The translations under genes and the position numbers were made by a program. A model generated the notes under the pieces. That model saw nothing but the letters and a program-made list of their open reading frames with translations, had not been told where the DNA came from and did not search any database. 64,000 nucleotides of DNA, taken from contig JBILGT010000004.1 of the NCBI GenBank assembly GCA_044350895.1, positions 3,829 through 67,828 of the forward strand, read 5' to 3'. This document shows positions 28,803 through 38,263 of this stretch, piece by piece; position 1 is the first letter of the stretch; every line of letters starts with the position of its first letter. The DNA comes from Limisphaerales bacterium. Lineage in GTDB: Bacteria; Patescibacteriota; Microgenomatia; UBA1400; PJMF01.

Positions 28803-30609
28803 CTACTGGTAGTATTGTTTCTTCCAATTCTGACAATTCTTCTGTTTTGTTGTTCAGTTGCAATATGAGAAGGTGTTTCAAAAGCGCGTGGATAGGATTG
28901 GCTGATGGAGAAAGTTCATGTTTGAGAGTTCGCAGCGGCGAGGCCAAATTAACATCTGCAACAAAAATATCATTAAATAAAATTCTTTCAAAAGATGCAC
29001 TTGGAACAAAAATAATCGATAGGAGAGACTGGTACAAATGTCCAATACGAACTTGGTCTGCCTGATTCAAAACTTCGAGGTTCCCAAGATCATCATCTTC
29101 TTTCAGTTTGGATAGAAGGTTATAGTAATCAGCGGCTTGCAGTGCAAATGGATCTTCAGAAAGTGGCAAGCCACACGGTCCCATCACCACTCCATAGTCT
29201 GCATCAAAGTAACATCCCTTACCTGTTAAATATTCAGGCGGGACATACCAGTTTTCACCATTCACAGTGACTTGAACGTATCCTTGCAAATTGCTGAGCA
29301 TTTCACTTTTTTCTTCACCAGATAGTAGCGCAAACGCAGCTCCACCACCTCGAATATCCATTACAGCGGTGCGTGGGATAGTTGGCCTAAATTTAAGCAG
29401 TGAAGTTGGTGTCCCTGTGATACAGTGTGCCCAACTCGCAGCACTTTTGAGCGGTAAAGTGGAACTTAAATTGACGCTTGCAACAAATTTTTTGAGCGCA
29501 GCTTGTTCTTCTTTCTCCAATTTTTCGCCGTTTGATTTTTTAACTTCCAGTTGCCATGCTGTTCTAATCTCTTCAAGATCTATTTGAAAATCCTTTTGCT
29601 TATCGGGGTCATAGTTTAGCGCATGATTTTCTACCCACTTGAGTAGCGTTTTTTTAACTGTGTTGATCAACAAATCAAATGCAACAACTTTTTCAGAATG
29701 TTCACCTGGTTCATGTGCAAGCTGTGTGAATTCTGATAAACAAAATGACAAAACAGTGGCGAGTTGTAGTTGTGCAGCAACTTCTGGAAGATTGGGGAGG
29801 TCTCGATCAATATCACTGCGCCACCTGGCCTTATTCTTATAAATAATTTGTTCGATACGTTCGAGAGCTTGACCAGTTGGGATATGCACCGCAGTGGCAA
29901 TTGTTTGATGGTCAGGATGCACTTCTGTATCAGTGGTAATTCGCTGTAGTCCGCCGCCTGTTTGAGCTGCTACTTCTTTGAGTACAACAGGTAACTGTTT
30001 GTTTGGGTCGTAGCTTCGATACTGCCGGAATAAAAATCCAGTTTCAGTTTTTTCATAAATATTTACAAAGACATAGTTACGCTCATCAAGGCCAGGATAA
30101 AGTTCTTGCTGTGAGCCGCGTGGACTGATAAACATCAAGCGTTCACCAACTTGGACACGATCGCTGCCCATCCAAGCTTCAACATACCTTGCAACTGATT
30201 CTTCAAGTTTTGCGCGCTCAGTGGGCTTGCCATCTTGCTCAAGGCGTTCCACAAAGTTATGAGCAATTTCACTGACTTTCTCCGTATAGCCATTGCGCAT
30301 GCCATGTTGGTCGTACTCATACACTACTGAAGCTCGCAAAAATGCATATTCATCAAAAAAGGAGGTGAGATCGGCTGTGAGTTGATTTGTAACAAGCTGC
30401 TGAGATTCAGCTTCTCGAGAAATATCATATGCTCCAAAGTACCGCTCAGAACCCCAGGTTATAAACTCAGGCTTTTTAAACAACCGTTCAGGCTGCAGCC
30501 CTTGAAGACCTTGGGCAAGAGATTCAAGCCATGAAGGAGTACGAGCTGATAAACGTTCAGCTTTTTCGGGTGGTTTGGAAAATGATTCTGGTGACAAAAA
30601 ACTCCTCAT
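28768..30609 (-). CDS. large hypothetical protein (about 613 aa)
   Basis: Long ORF with an acidic C-terminus and no recognisable motif. The first 46 codons of the ORF-track call translate AT-rich intergenic sequence, so ATG 30609 is preferred. Confidence 0.5.
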   Translation of the reverse strand: MRSFLSPESFSKPPEKAERLSARTPSWLESLAQGLQGLQPERLFKKPEFITWGSERYFGAYDISREAESQQLVTNQLTADLTSFFDEYAFLRASVVYEYDQHGMRNGYTEKVSEIAHNFVERLEQDGKPTERAKLEESVARYVEAWMGSDRVQVGERLMFISPRGSQQELYPGLDERNYVFVNIYEKTETGFLFRQYRSYDPNKQLPVVLKEVAAQTGGGLQRITTDTEVHPDHQTIATAVHIPTGQALERIEQIIYKNKARWRSDIDRDLPNLPEVAAQLQLATVLSFCLSEFTQLAHEPGEHSEKVVAFDLLINTVKKTLLKWVENHALNYDPDKQKDFQIDLEEIRTAWQLEVKKSNGEKLEKEEQAALKKFVASVNLSSTLPLKSAASWAHCITGTPTSLLKFRPTIPRTAVMDIRGGGAAFALLSGEEKSEMLSNLQGYVQVTVNGENWYVPPEYLTGKGCYFDADYGVVMGPCGLPLSEDPFALQAADYYNLLSKLKEDDDLGNLEVLNQADQVRIGHLYQSLLSIIFVPSASFERILFNDIFVADVNLASPLRTLKHELSPSANPIHALLKHLLILQLNNKTEELSELEETILPVATQESFSDVQH

Positions 30610-30927
30610 AGAGAGGAGCACGTGCGTAAGATAAAAATACAGAAAGAATACGCGCGATGCTCGTCGATTCCTGTAAGCATTGAACGCTATACAGAGTATT
30701 TTGAAGACCGGACTTATGAAGATGTACTTCACATACCGTTGCGGCACAGTTCCGGAATTTCACCGGATTCCACAAAATACGTATCATTCTTATAGCAAGT
30801 TGCGAGAGTGTTGTGAAGAGAGAATTTTACTGAGTTCTTATTTAGTTATTATTTTTCATATTTTTTTGCTCGGCAATTAAGTAAAAAAATTGATTAATCA
30901 AAGTAAATATAATTCAAATACCGCTTG

Positions 30928-30936
30928 TGCTATAAT
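30928..30936 (+). promoter_or_regulatory. extended -10 promoter element (TGcTATAAT) upstream of membrane protein gene
   Basis: TGC-TATAAT lies 22 nt upstream of ATG 30958. Confidence 0.3.
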
Positions 30937-30957
30937 GACTTTTCGATCAACTGAACT

Positions 30958-32556
30958 ATGCTATTACGAGTTTTATTTTCAGCAGTCGTACTGACTTGCA
31001 TCTACAATGTAACGGTGTCCGGAGCTGCTCCTGGACTAGGTCTCAGTCTTTTCATTATCGCTACCAATCTCTATTTATTTATACTGAGAAATTCCAAAAG
31101 TCATTCTGTAAAACTGGGCATTACTGCATCCCTTGTCAGTAGCACTTTTGCATTTTTATTTGTGACTCGTGCTAACTCAATTGTTGCAGTAATCAACTTG
31201 GTAAGCTCAATATTTGCGTTGGGTGTTGCGGGGTATTTTTTCAAATCAGAAGAGAAGTTTTCATACTCAGAAAAGATCATTTTTTTCCCACTCATTTTCT
31301 TGGGCCGATCACTTGCCGCAATTGGTGATGTGTTTAAAATTGGTCAAGAAAGTTTGACTGGTGACGTAAAAATAAACAAAATAGGTAAATCAGTCTTTCG
31401 TGGTTTGCTTGGTGCTATTCCACTCGTTTTAATTTTATTAGTAATTCTGACCGCAGCCGATCCTATTTTTAATTCGTTTGTAAAAGACCTTTTCTCTAAT
31501 ATCGGTACACGCACACTTATATCAATCGTTGTTTTTATTGCGGCAATCTTAGTGGGATTTGCCAAAATAATTCACTCTGAGTGGCAAGAAGTTATGCAGT
31601 TGCCAAAGCATAAGGAAAATGCAGTTGAATACAGTGTAATAACAGCAAGTATCGGTTTAATTTTTGCAGTATTCATTATTATCCAAGTTCAATATCTGTT
31701 TAATTCAGTGGGCGAGCGTGAACTAGCTGCATTGCATATTTCAAGTGAGACATATTCAGAATATGTTCGCAAAGGTTTTTTTGAGCTGCTTGTAGCGGCA
31801 GGTGTTGCAGGAGCTGTTCTTGTTGCTGTTATACGATATTTGCAGGATAGTGTTGAAACAACTCAGACAAAGGTAGTTCAGTGGGTAGGCGCTGTGGTCA
31901 GTTTAGAAACGATGATCATACTTGCATCCGCAGCCAAGCGCTTATTACTCTATGCAGATGCGCACGGACTTACTCGTGCTCGAATCTTTGGCGCAATCTT
32001 CTTGGTTTGGATGGCTGTAACTCTAGGCCTTTTCATTATAAAGTTGCTTACCAAAATCAGTAAAAAAGAATTCTTCGTTTCACTTGTTGGAGTAATCATT
32101 ATCAGTATTTATGCGATTTCATTTATTAACATCGACCGACTAATTGCAATTGATTTCCAACCCACGGTCAATAAAGAGGTTGACTATTTTTATATTTCAC
32201 GACTTTCTCCAGATGCGGTTGACGGCTGGGAAGCAGCGATATCAGATGCTGAGCGCACAATTGTTGATCTTGAAAGCAAAGCCTTAATTACATCGGATGA
32301 TAATAGAAAACTGTACTACGTTCACTACACACTTGAAGCTATTAATGATCACATGCAGTACCTGGCAAGTGCAAGAACTTGGAAATCAAAAAATTTTGGT
32401 GAAGAGTTTGCTCTCAATAGAATTAAAAATAATAAAGATTTTGAAAAAGTGGCTTTTTTGAAAGACCGGGTCAGACTTCTGGAAGAACGAGTGTCTGACG
32501 AAGCAAAAAATAGCACACAAATTGACCGCGCCACACAACATCCACTGAGTGAGTAA
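30958..32556 (+). CDS. polytopic membrane protein with C-terminal soluble domain (hypothetical)
   Basis: At least 10 hydrophobic helices in the first 400 aa. Confidence 0.55.
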   Translation: MLLRVLFSAVVLTCIYNVTVSGAAPGLGLSLFIIATNLYLFILRNSKSHSVKLGITASLVSSTFAFLFVTRANSIVAVINLVSSIFALGVAGYFFKSEEKFSYSEKIIFFPLIFLGRSLAAIGDVFKIGQESLTGDVKINKIGKSVFRGLLGAIPLVLILLVILTAADPIFNSFVKDLFSNIGTRTLISIVVFIAAILVGFAKIIHSEWQEVMQLPKHKENAVEYSVITASIGLIFAVFIIIQVQYLFNSVGERELAALHISSETYSEYVRKGFFELLVAAGVAGAVLVAVIRYLQDSVETTQTKVVQWVGAVVSLETMIILASAAKRLLLYADAHGLTRARIFGAIFLVWMAVTLGLFIIKLLTKISKKEFFVSLVGVIIISIYAISFINIDRLIAIDFQPTVNKEVDYFYISRLSPDAVDGWEAAISDAERTIVDLESKALITSDDNRKLYYVHYTLEAINDHMQYLASARTWKSKNFGEEFALNRIKNNKDFEKVAFLKDRVRLLEERVSDEAKNSTQIDRATQHPLSE

Positions 32557-32589
32557 ACTTCCTCCAAGTAAATACGATACAATACAGCT

Positions 32590-33498
32590 ATGGTTATTTT
32601 TGATGGAATTACTACTGCAGCCGTGCGTGAAAAACTTGTAAAGACTGAAGTGGAGTCCCTAGCAGCATCAGGGATACACATTGCGATTGGAGCAATAGTT
32701 TTTCGTGAAGATGCGGGCAGTCAGCTATACACGCGTCTCAAAAGTGAAGCCGCAGCTCGAGTGGGTATTCAATATATTCCACAGCAATTTTCGATAACTG
32801 ATTCAATTGACTTGATTGGTCAGCAGATTACCTCATTTAATAGTGATAATAGAATCACCGGTATTATTATTCAAAAACCGACTAAGCGAATTTGGCATAG
32901 TGCTCAACACCAGCAAGGTATAGCTGAATCTGAACTTGACCAGCGTGCATATGATGCGTGGTGGAAAAGTTTGACTGCCGCAATTGATCCTCAAAAAGAT
33001 GTCGATGGACTGCACCCAGATACCTTACTAGCCATTGCAGATGGTACTTGGGAAAGAGGAAGACACGTACTTCCCGCCACCTGTCAGGCAGTTGTTGATA
33101 TTCTTGAAGAGCACTGCAAAACGCTTCAGCAAACTAAAGTGATCATTATTGGTAAATCAGATTTGCTCGGGACACCTCTAGCATATTACTTAAAAAATAG
33201 GGGAGTCACTGCCGAATTACTTCGTCGCGTAGATCTTGAAGAGCGCATGAAAAATGGTAGTAAGCTGCTTGACGCAGACGTCGTTGTTTCCGCAACTGGA
33301 GTAGAAAACCTGGTAAATGGAGATATGATCAAAGATGGAGTAATAATTATTGATGTCGGTGAACCGCGACCAGATGTTAATCAAAAAAGTGTCAGTGCTT
33401 TAGCCAGTTTCATTACGCCAGTTCCTGGTGGTGTTGGCCCCATGACAGTAGTGAGTTTGTTAGCCAATGCTGTCAAGCTTGCTCAACACAATCTCTAG
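32590..33498 (+). CDS. folD: bifunctional methylenetetrahydrofolate dehydrogenase/methenyl-THF cyclohydrolase
   Basis: YTRLKSEAAARVGIQ and C-terminal TPVPGGVGPMTVVSLLANAV. About 30 extra residues sit between the two domains. Confidence 0.85.
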   Translation: MVIFDGITTAAVREKLVKTEVESLAASGIHIAIGAIVFREDAGSQLYTRLKSEAAARVGIQYIPQQFSITDSIDLIGQQITSFNSDNRITGIIIQKPTKRIWHSAQHQQGIAESELDQRAYDAWWKSLTAAIDPQKDVDGLHPDTLLAIADGTWERGRHVLPATCQAVVDILEEHCKTLQQTKVIIIGKSDLLGTPLAYYLKNRGVTAELLRRVDLEERMKNGSKLLDADVVVSATGVENLVNGDMIKDGVIIIDVGEPRPDVNQKSVSALASFITPVPGGVGPMTVVSLLANAVKLAQHNL

Positions 33499-33526
33499 AC
33501 TGCTTTTAATTTCTAGACACTTGAGT

Positions 33527-33541
33527 AAAATGTGCTATACT
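33527..33541 (+). promoter_or_regulatory. extended -10 promoter (TGtgcTATACT) for rpsB-tsf
   Basis: TG-n-TATACT lies about 95 nt upstream of the rpsB ATG. Confidence 0.3.
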
Positions 33542-33637
33542 ACGAACTTCAGTAGTAAAAATACGCGGTTAGACAGTATTGTCCTGAGCTAAAATGTCTA
33601 GCAGCGCTCTCGAAAACCGAGAAAATAAGGACCATGT

Positions 33638-34357
33638 ATGTTAGATATCACACAACTTCCTAGTAAAGCTCCAGAATACGACTTGCAAGAGTTACTCGAA
33701 GCAGGCTCACATTTTGGTCATCAGGTTGCCAAATGGCACCCACGCATGAAGAACTTCATCTATATGGAAAAAGATGGCGTTCATATTTTTGACCTTGCAA
33801 AAACTTCAGCTCAACTCCAGCTTGCTTACAACGCAGCATATGAGCTCGGTAAATCAGGTAAAACTCTGATTATGGTGGGAACCAAGCGTCAAGCTAAAGA
33901 AGTACTTGAAGAAGTCGGTACAGCACAAAAAGTTCCTTTTATCACATCTCGTTGGCTCGGTGGATTATTAACCAATTGGGATCAGGTCCGCAAATCACTC
34001 AAGAGAATGATTGATATTGAAGAAGGTTTGAAAACAGATAAATTCAAAGCATATACAAAATTTGAGCGCAACCAACTTGAAAAAGAGTTGACTCGTCTCA
34101 AACGCTTCTTTGAAGGTATCCGTTCATTAAATAACCGTCCAGACGCATTATTTATTATTGATATCAACAGAGAAAAAATTGCTATTAAAGAAGCTGCAAA
34201 TATGGGAACTTTCACCATTGCACTGACCGACTCAAATGCAAATCCAGATTTGGTCGACATTGCGATTCCAGCCAACGATGATGGACGCAAGAGTATTGAA
34301 TACGTAGTTAACGCAGTTGTTGCAGGCTATGTTGCAGGTAAGAACGATAAAGAATAA
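33638..34357 (+). CDS. rpsB: 30S ribosomal protein S2
   Basis: LLEAGSHFGHQ ... KNFIYMEKDGVHIFDL. Confidence 0.9.
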   Translation: MLDITQLPSKAPEYDLQELLEAGSHFGHQVAKWHPRMKNFIYMEKDGVHIFDLAKTSAQLQLAYNAAYELGKSGKTLIMVGTKRQAKEVLEEVGTAQKVPFITSRWLGGLLTNWDQVRKSLKRMIDIEEGLKTDKFKAYTKFERNQLEKELTRLKRFFEGIRSLNNRPDALFIIDINREKIAIKEAANMGTFTIALTDSNANPDLVDIAIPANDDGRKSIEYVVNAVVAGYVAGKNDKE

Positions 34358-34366
34358 AAGGAATAC

Positions 34367-34825
34367 ATGTCATTTTCAGCATCAGACGTAAAAGCACTTC
34401 GTGAAAAAACAGGCGCTGCAATCATGGATTGCAAAAAAGCACTTGAAGAAGCACAAGGCGACATGAATAAAGCAGAAGAGCTTGTCAAAGCTCGTGGACT
34501 TGCTAAAGCAGAGAAGAAGGCAGATCGAGAAACCAAAGAGGGCTATATTGCTAGTTACGTTCACGCAACTGGAAAAGTAGCAGCTATGGTAGAAATTTTG
34601 TGTGAAACCGACTTTGTTGGTCGCAACCCAGAATTTCAAGATATGGCCAAACAAGTCGCAATGCAAGTTGTTGCTATGAATCCTCAAAACGTCGAAGAAC
34701 TCTTAGCCCAAGAGTACTTACGCGACGCAAGTGTGACCATTGAACAATTAGTGAAACAATTAAGTGGTAAGATCGGTGAGCGCTTTGTCGTCAATCGATT
34801 TGTTCGCTACGCTGTTGGCGACTAA
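34367..34825 (+). CDS. tsf: elongation factor Ts (short form, 152 aa)
   Basis: N-terminal UBA-like SASDVKALREKTGAAIMDCKKAL and the core motif ILCETDFV. Confidence 0.8.
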   Translation: MSFSASDVKALREKTGAAIMDCKKALEEAQGDMNKAEELVKARGLAKAEKKADRETKEGYIASYVHATGKVAAMVEILCETDFVGRNPEFQDMAKQVAMQVVAMNPQNVEELLAQEYLRDASVTIEQLVKQLSGKIGERFVVNRFVRYAVGD

Positions 34826-34837
34826 CTCTAAAAAATT

Positions 34838-34987
34838 ATGTATTCTGTAAGTGTCTTACTTGGCATTTTTGTAAGCTGCGTTGGCCTGCTCTTATTCTTC
34901 GCAACAAAAAAGAAGAAGCTCTGCATTCCGATGGTAGCAGGTGGACTACTTCTTGCCGCTACTGTGATGGTAATTGCCTTCTCATAA
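34838..34987 (+). CDS. candidate small membrane protein (49 aa, two hydrophobic helices around a KKKK loop)
   Basis: ATG 34838 to TAA 34985-34987 with no in-frame stops. It falls below the ORF-track length cutoff and has no SD. Confidence 0.3.
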   Translation: MYSVSVLLGIFVSCVGLLLFFATKKKKLCIPMVAGGLLLAATVMVIAFS

Positions 34988-34993
34988 TTTCTC

Positions 34994-36091
34994 TTATTGA
35001 ATCAACATTGCATCCCCAAACGAAAAGAATCGATATTGTTGTGCTATAGCCTCTGAGTATGCTTTTCCCACACAACTTTCTGAAAATGTAGTAAATGAAT
35101 GCTCTGTATTTGGTTGAGAAACAAATGCACTTATAAGCATCAACAGTGTGCTTTCAGGTAAGTGAAAGTTGGTTATGAGTGCGTCAACACACGCAAATTT
35201 TCTGGGTGGATAGATAAAGATACTGGTGTCTGCACTTTGTGGTGTAAGAGTGACAGTGCCATCATTACCAATTGTTGCGCACGATTCAAGGACGCGGCAG
35301 GTTGTCGTTCCTACTGCAATAATTCTACGTCCCGTTCGTTTGGCATCTGTAATGAGTGCTGCAGTTTCTGGTGAAAGAGTGAAGTGCTCCGCGTGCATAC
35401 TGTGTTCACTCACTGCTTCAGTTTTGACCGGTAAAAAAGTTCCCAAACCTACATGCAGCGTTACTTCTGCGATTCCAATTCCTGCCGCGTGCAGTTCCTC
35501 GTCCAATTGTGGCGTGAAGTGTAGTCCCGCTGTGGGGGCGGCAACCGATCCAGGATCTCGTGCATACGTTGTTTGATACTGCTGCTCAGTCACAGAATCA
35601 GTGGCATTTTTTTCAATGTATGGTGGCAGTGGAGTTTCTCCAATCTCATCAATGAGCGCATAGAGTTCGGTCAGTGGCACCCGAAACGCAATGTGGCGTG
35701 TGTAGCCATCGTCACTGTGACCAATGCACTGGGCAGTCAGTTTTCCATTCCCGAAAGTAAGTTCTTGTCCGACAGCTATACCTGGCCTTACTATGCACTC
35801 CCAAACGCATTGATCAATAAATACTTCTTTTAATTTATTGAGTAAAATTTCAATGCGACCACCTGTTGGGTGCTTATACCCAAAGAGTCTTGCCTTGATG
35901 ACCTTGGAATTATTGCGCACAAGGATGTCTCCTTTTCGTAAAAAAGACGGTAAAACCCGAAAGTTTGTGTGTGTCATTTCTTCGGTAGTTCGGTTGAGTA
36001 CTAACAAGCGACTCGCGTCCCGTGGTTCCATTGGAGTCTGAGCAATGAGCTCAGGTGGCAGTTGATAGGTAAAGTCATTTTTGGTTAGCAT
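34994..36091 (-). CDS. queA: S-adenosylmethionine:tRNA ribosyltransferase-isomerase
   Basis: FTYQLPPELIAQTP ... LLVLNR ... ETPLPPYI ... TAGLHFT. Confidence 0.85.
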   Translation of the reverse strand: MLTKNDFTYQLPPELIAQTPMEPRDASRLLVLNRTTEEMTHTNFRVLPSFLRKGDILVRNNSKVIKARLFGYKHPTGGRIEILLNKLKEVFIDQCVWECIVRPGIAVGQELTFGNGKLTAQCIGHSDDGYTRHIAFRVPLTELYALIDEIGETPLPPYIEKNATDSVTEQQYQTTYARDPGSVAAPTAGLHFTPQLDEELHAAGIGIAEVTLHVGLGTFLPVKTEAVSEHSMHAEHFTLSPETAALITDAKRTGRRIIAVGTTTCRVLESCATIGNDGTVTLTPQSADTSIFIYPPRKFACVDALITNFHLPESTLLMLISAFVSQPNTEHSFTTFSESCVGKAYSEAIAQQYRFFSFGDAMLIQ

Positions 36092-36115
36092 GCCTGTATA
36101 ATACAATATCTTGTT

Positions 36116-37291
36116 ATGACAGAAAAATTTTCTTTTGAACTGCAATCACAAAAAGGCACTGCTCGGGCAGGAGTGATGCATACGCCGCATGGAAGTATTC
36201 AGACTCCTATTTATATGACGGTCGGAACCTTGGGGACAGTCAAGTCTCTCGATAGTGAAGACATTGCTGAGCTCGGGGCTCAGATACTTCTAGGAAACAC
36301 CTACCATCTGTATTTACGACCTGGTACGCAAGTCCTGGAAGAACAGGGTGGACTGCACGGTTTTATGAATTGGCACAAACCAATCCTCACTGACTCAGGT
36401 GGATTCCAAGTCATGTCACTCGGTAAAAATGCACCAGAACGACTCGATACTCAAAAAGCTGGTCTCACAAATGTAAGTGATGATGGTGTGAATTTTCAAT
36501 CACATATCGATGGTTTGTATCATTTTTTTACTCCAGAGCGCGCGATTGAAATTCAACGAGCGATTGGCTCAGATATTATGATGACCTTTGATGAAGCACT
36601 TGCAGATTCGCTTCCATTGGAAGCTGCCCAAGTTTCAGTGGAACGAACGCACCGATGGGCCCAACAGTGTTATGAATACTGGGAGTTCCATAAGCGTCGC
36701 AACATATATGGAAAGTACCAAGCATTGTTTGGCATTATCCAAGGTGGACTATTTCCAGAACTCAGAAAGAAGTCGGCAGAGTTCATTACCAGTTTGCCGT
36801 TTGATGGCATTGCTGTAGGCGGAGAAACAGTGGGCTATAACATGAGTGGAACACAGCAGGTGATGGAGTGGATTGAGCCGCTTTTGCCAGCTGAGAAGCC
36901 TCGCTATGCCATGGGTTTGGGAAGAGATCCACAAGACATTGTAGATGCTGTGCTCATGGGCTTTGACATGTTTGATTGTGTCGGTCCCACACGGCTAGCA
37001 CGCAATGGCACTTTATATGTAGGTGAACTTGATTATTCAGGCGAGAAACCACGATTTATTTCTCCATTCCCAAAGGGAAGATTACAGATCGGTAATGCTG
37101 ACTCACGTCATAGTAGCGAGCCAATTCAAGCTGGCTGTGGCTGCCATACTTGTAAGAGCGGATATACACGTGCATACTTGCATCATCTATTTAGAACTAA
37201 AGAATTAAGTTACTACCGCTTGGCTAGTATTCATAATGTGTACACCATGATAAAAATTAGCCAAGATTTACGTAACTGGATTCTCAAGTAA
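36116..37291 (+). CDS. tgt: queuine tRNA-ribosyltransferase
   Basis: LLGNTYHLYLRPG, catalytic LTDSGGFQ and the zinc motif CGCHTC. Confidence 0.9.
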   Translation: MTEKFSFELQSQKGTARAGVMHTPHGSIQTPIYMTVGTLGTVKSLDSEDIAELGAQILLGNTYHLYLRPGTQVLEEQGGLHGFMNWHKPILTDSGGFQVMSLGKNAPERLDTQKAGLTNVSDDGVNFQSHIDGLYHFFTPERAIEIQRAIGSDIMMTFDEALADSLPLEAAQVSVERTHRWAQQCYEYWEFHKRRNIYGKYQALFGIIQGGLFPELRKKSAEFITSLPFDGIAVGGETVGYNMSGTQQVMEWIEPLLPAEKPRYAMGLGRDPQDIVDAVLMGFDMFDCVGPTRLARNGTLYVGELDYSGEKPRFISPFPKGRLQIGNADSRHSSEPIQAGCGCHTCKSGYTRAYLHHLFRTKELSYYRLASIHNVYTMIKISQDLRNWILK

Positions 37292-37299
37292 TACGTCCT

Positions 37300-38262
37300 A
37301 TGTTTACTACTAAGCCTGCCCGGCATAAGAGACCACTGCTTCACAGTGCATCGTCACGCTCAACATCACATAAGTCAAAAAGTACTCAAAGTAGTTTAAT
37401 ACAAAGAATTACGCGTTTTTTTATAGTCGCAGTAATTGTAATTATTATTTCACTTATAGCGGGCTATCTACTTTATACAGCCATTTTAAGTAATGCAATT
37501 AAACTGCCTGAACCACAGACAATTGTTCTTGTTCCACATTCTTTGGATAGTTCGGAAAGTAGAGTGCTGGTAGTGCATGTCGCTCCAGAAATGACTGATA
37601 GCTATATTGTGAGCATCCCCGGCAACCAAGAAGTCCAGCTACCGGCAGGTTATGGAACGTACAGACTTTCTGCAATCTATCCACTACTCACGATTGATAA
37701 AAAGGATGCGCAGTTTCTAACTGCGAGTTTTAGTAGAAGCTTAGGAATTATTGTCGATGATGTCTATGGACTTGAATCACTTAATTTTGGAGAAGTGACT
37801 TTTAGCCGCGATATATTTCACTTAGTCACGCAACAGTTGTGGCAGTCACATACACTCCGATTGGAAGCAATTAAGCTGTGGTACTTTGCTCGAAAAGGTA
37901 TTCCGCTGGAACATGCTGACTCCATCACGCAAGTGCAACAGATTATAGAAAAGCACCGCAAAAATAACTACTCATTCCAAGAATGTCCAATTGGGGTGTT
38001 GAATGCCAGTGGCCAAGCTGGTGCTGCGGGTACACTGAGTGATTTGTTTGAGAAAAGTGGACTGCTAGCTATTCGCACCAGTTCTTATCCCAGTGATGAA
38101 CCAACGACAACCATTTATCATGATGGAAAAGAAACCTGCAATAAAGTTCTGGATATGACTGAGCACGTTTTTGTACAACACCCTGAAATGAAGCTTGATA
38201 CAAGTATAACAACTCAATACCGAGCACCAATTGTTGTACTTATCGGAAAAGACTTCGAGTAG
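37300..38262 (+). CDS. LytR-CpsA-Psr (LCP)-family protein with C-terminal LytR_C-like domain
   Basis: N-terminal transmembrane anchor, an LCP-like region (VVHVAPEMTDSYIVSIPGN) and a C-terminal GVLNASGQAGAAGTLSDLF ... TTIYH segment. Confidence 0.45.
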   Translation: MFTTKPARHKRPLLHSASSRSTSHKSKSTQSSLIQRITRFFIVAVIVIIISLIAGYLLYTAILSNAIKLPEPQTIVLVPHSLDSSESRVLVVHVAPEMTDSYIVSIPGNQEVQLPAGYGTYRLSAIYPLLTIDKKDAQFLTASFSRSLGIIVDDVYGLESLNFGEVTFSRDIFHLVTQQLWQSHTLRLEAIKLWYFARKGIPLEHADSITQVQQIIEKHRKNNYSFQECPIGVLNASGQAGAAGTLSDLFEKSGLLAIRTSSYPSDEPTTTIYHDGKETCNKVLDMTEHVFVQHPEMKLDTSITTQYRAPIVVLIGKDFE

Positions 38263-38263
38263 T

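Noticed and set aside
30610-30747. The 46 N-terminal codons of ORF 28768..30747 (MPQRYVKYIFISPVFKILCIAF...).
   Set aside because: This is translation of AT-rich promoter DNA. The internal ATG at 30609 gives a sensible N-terminus.
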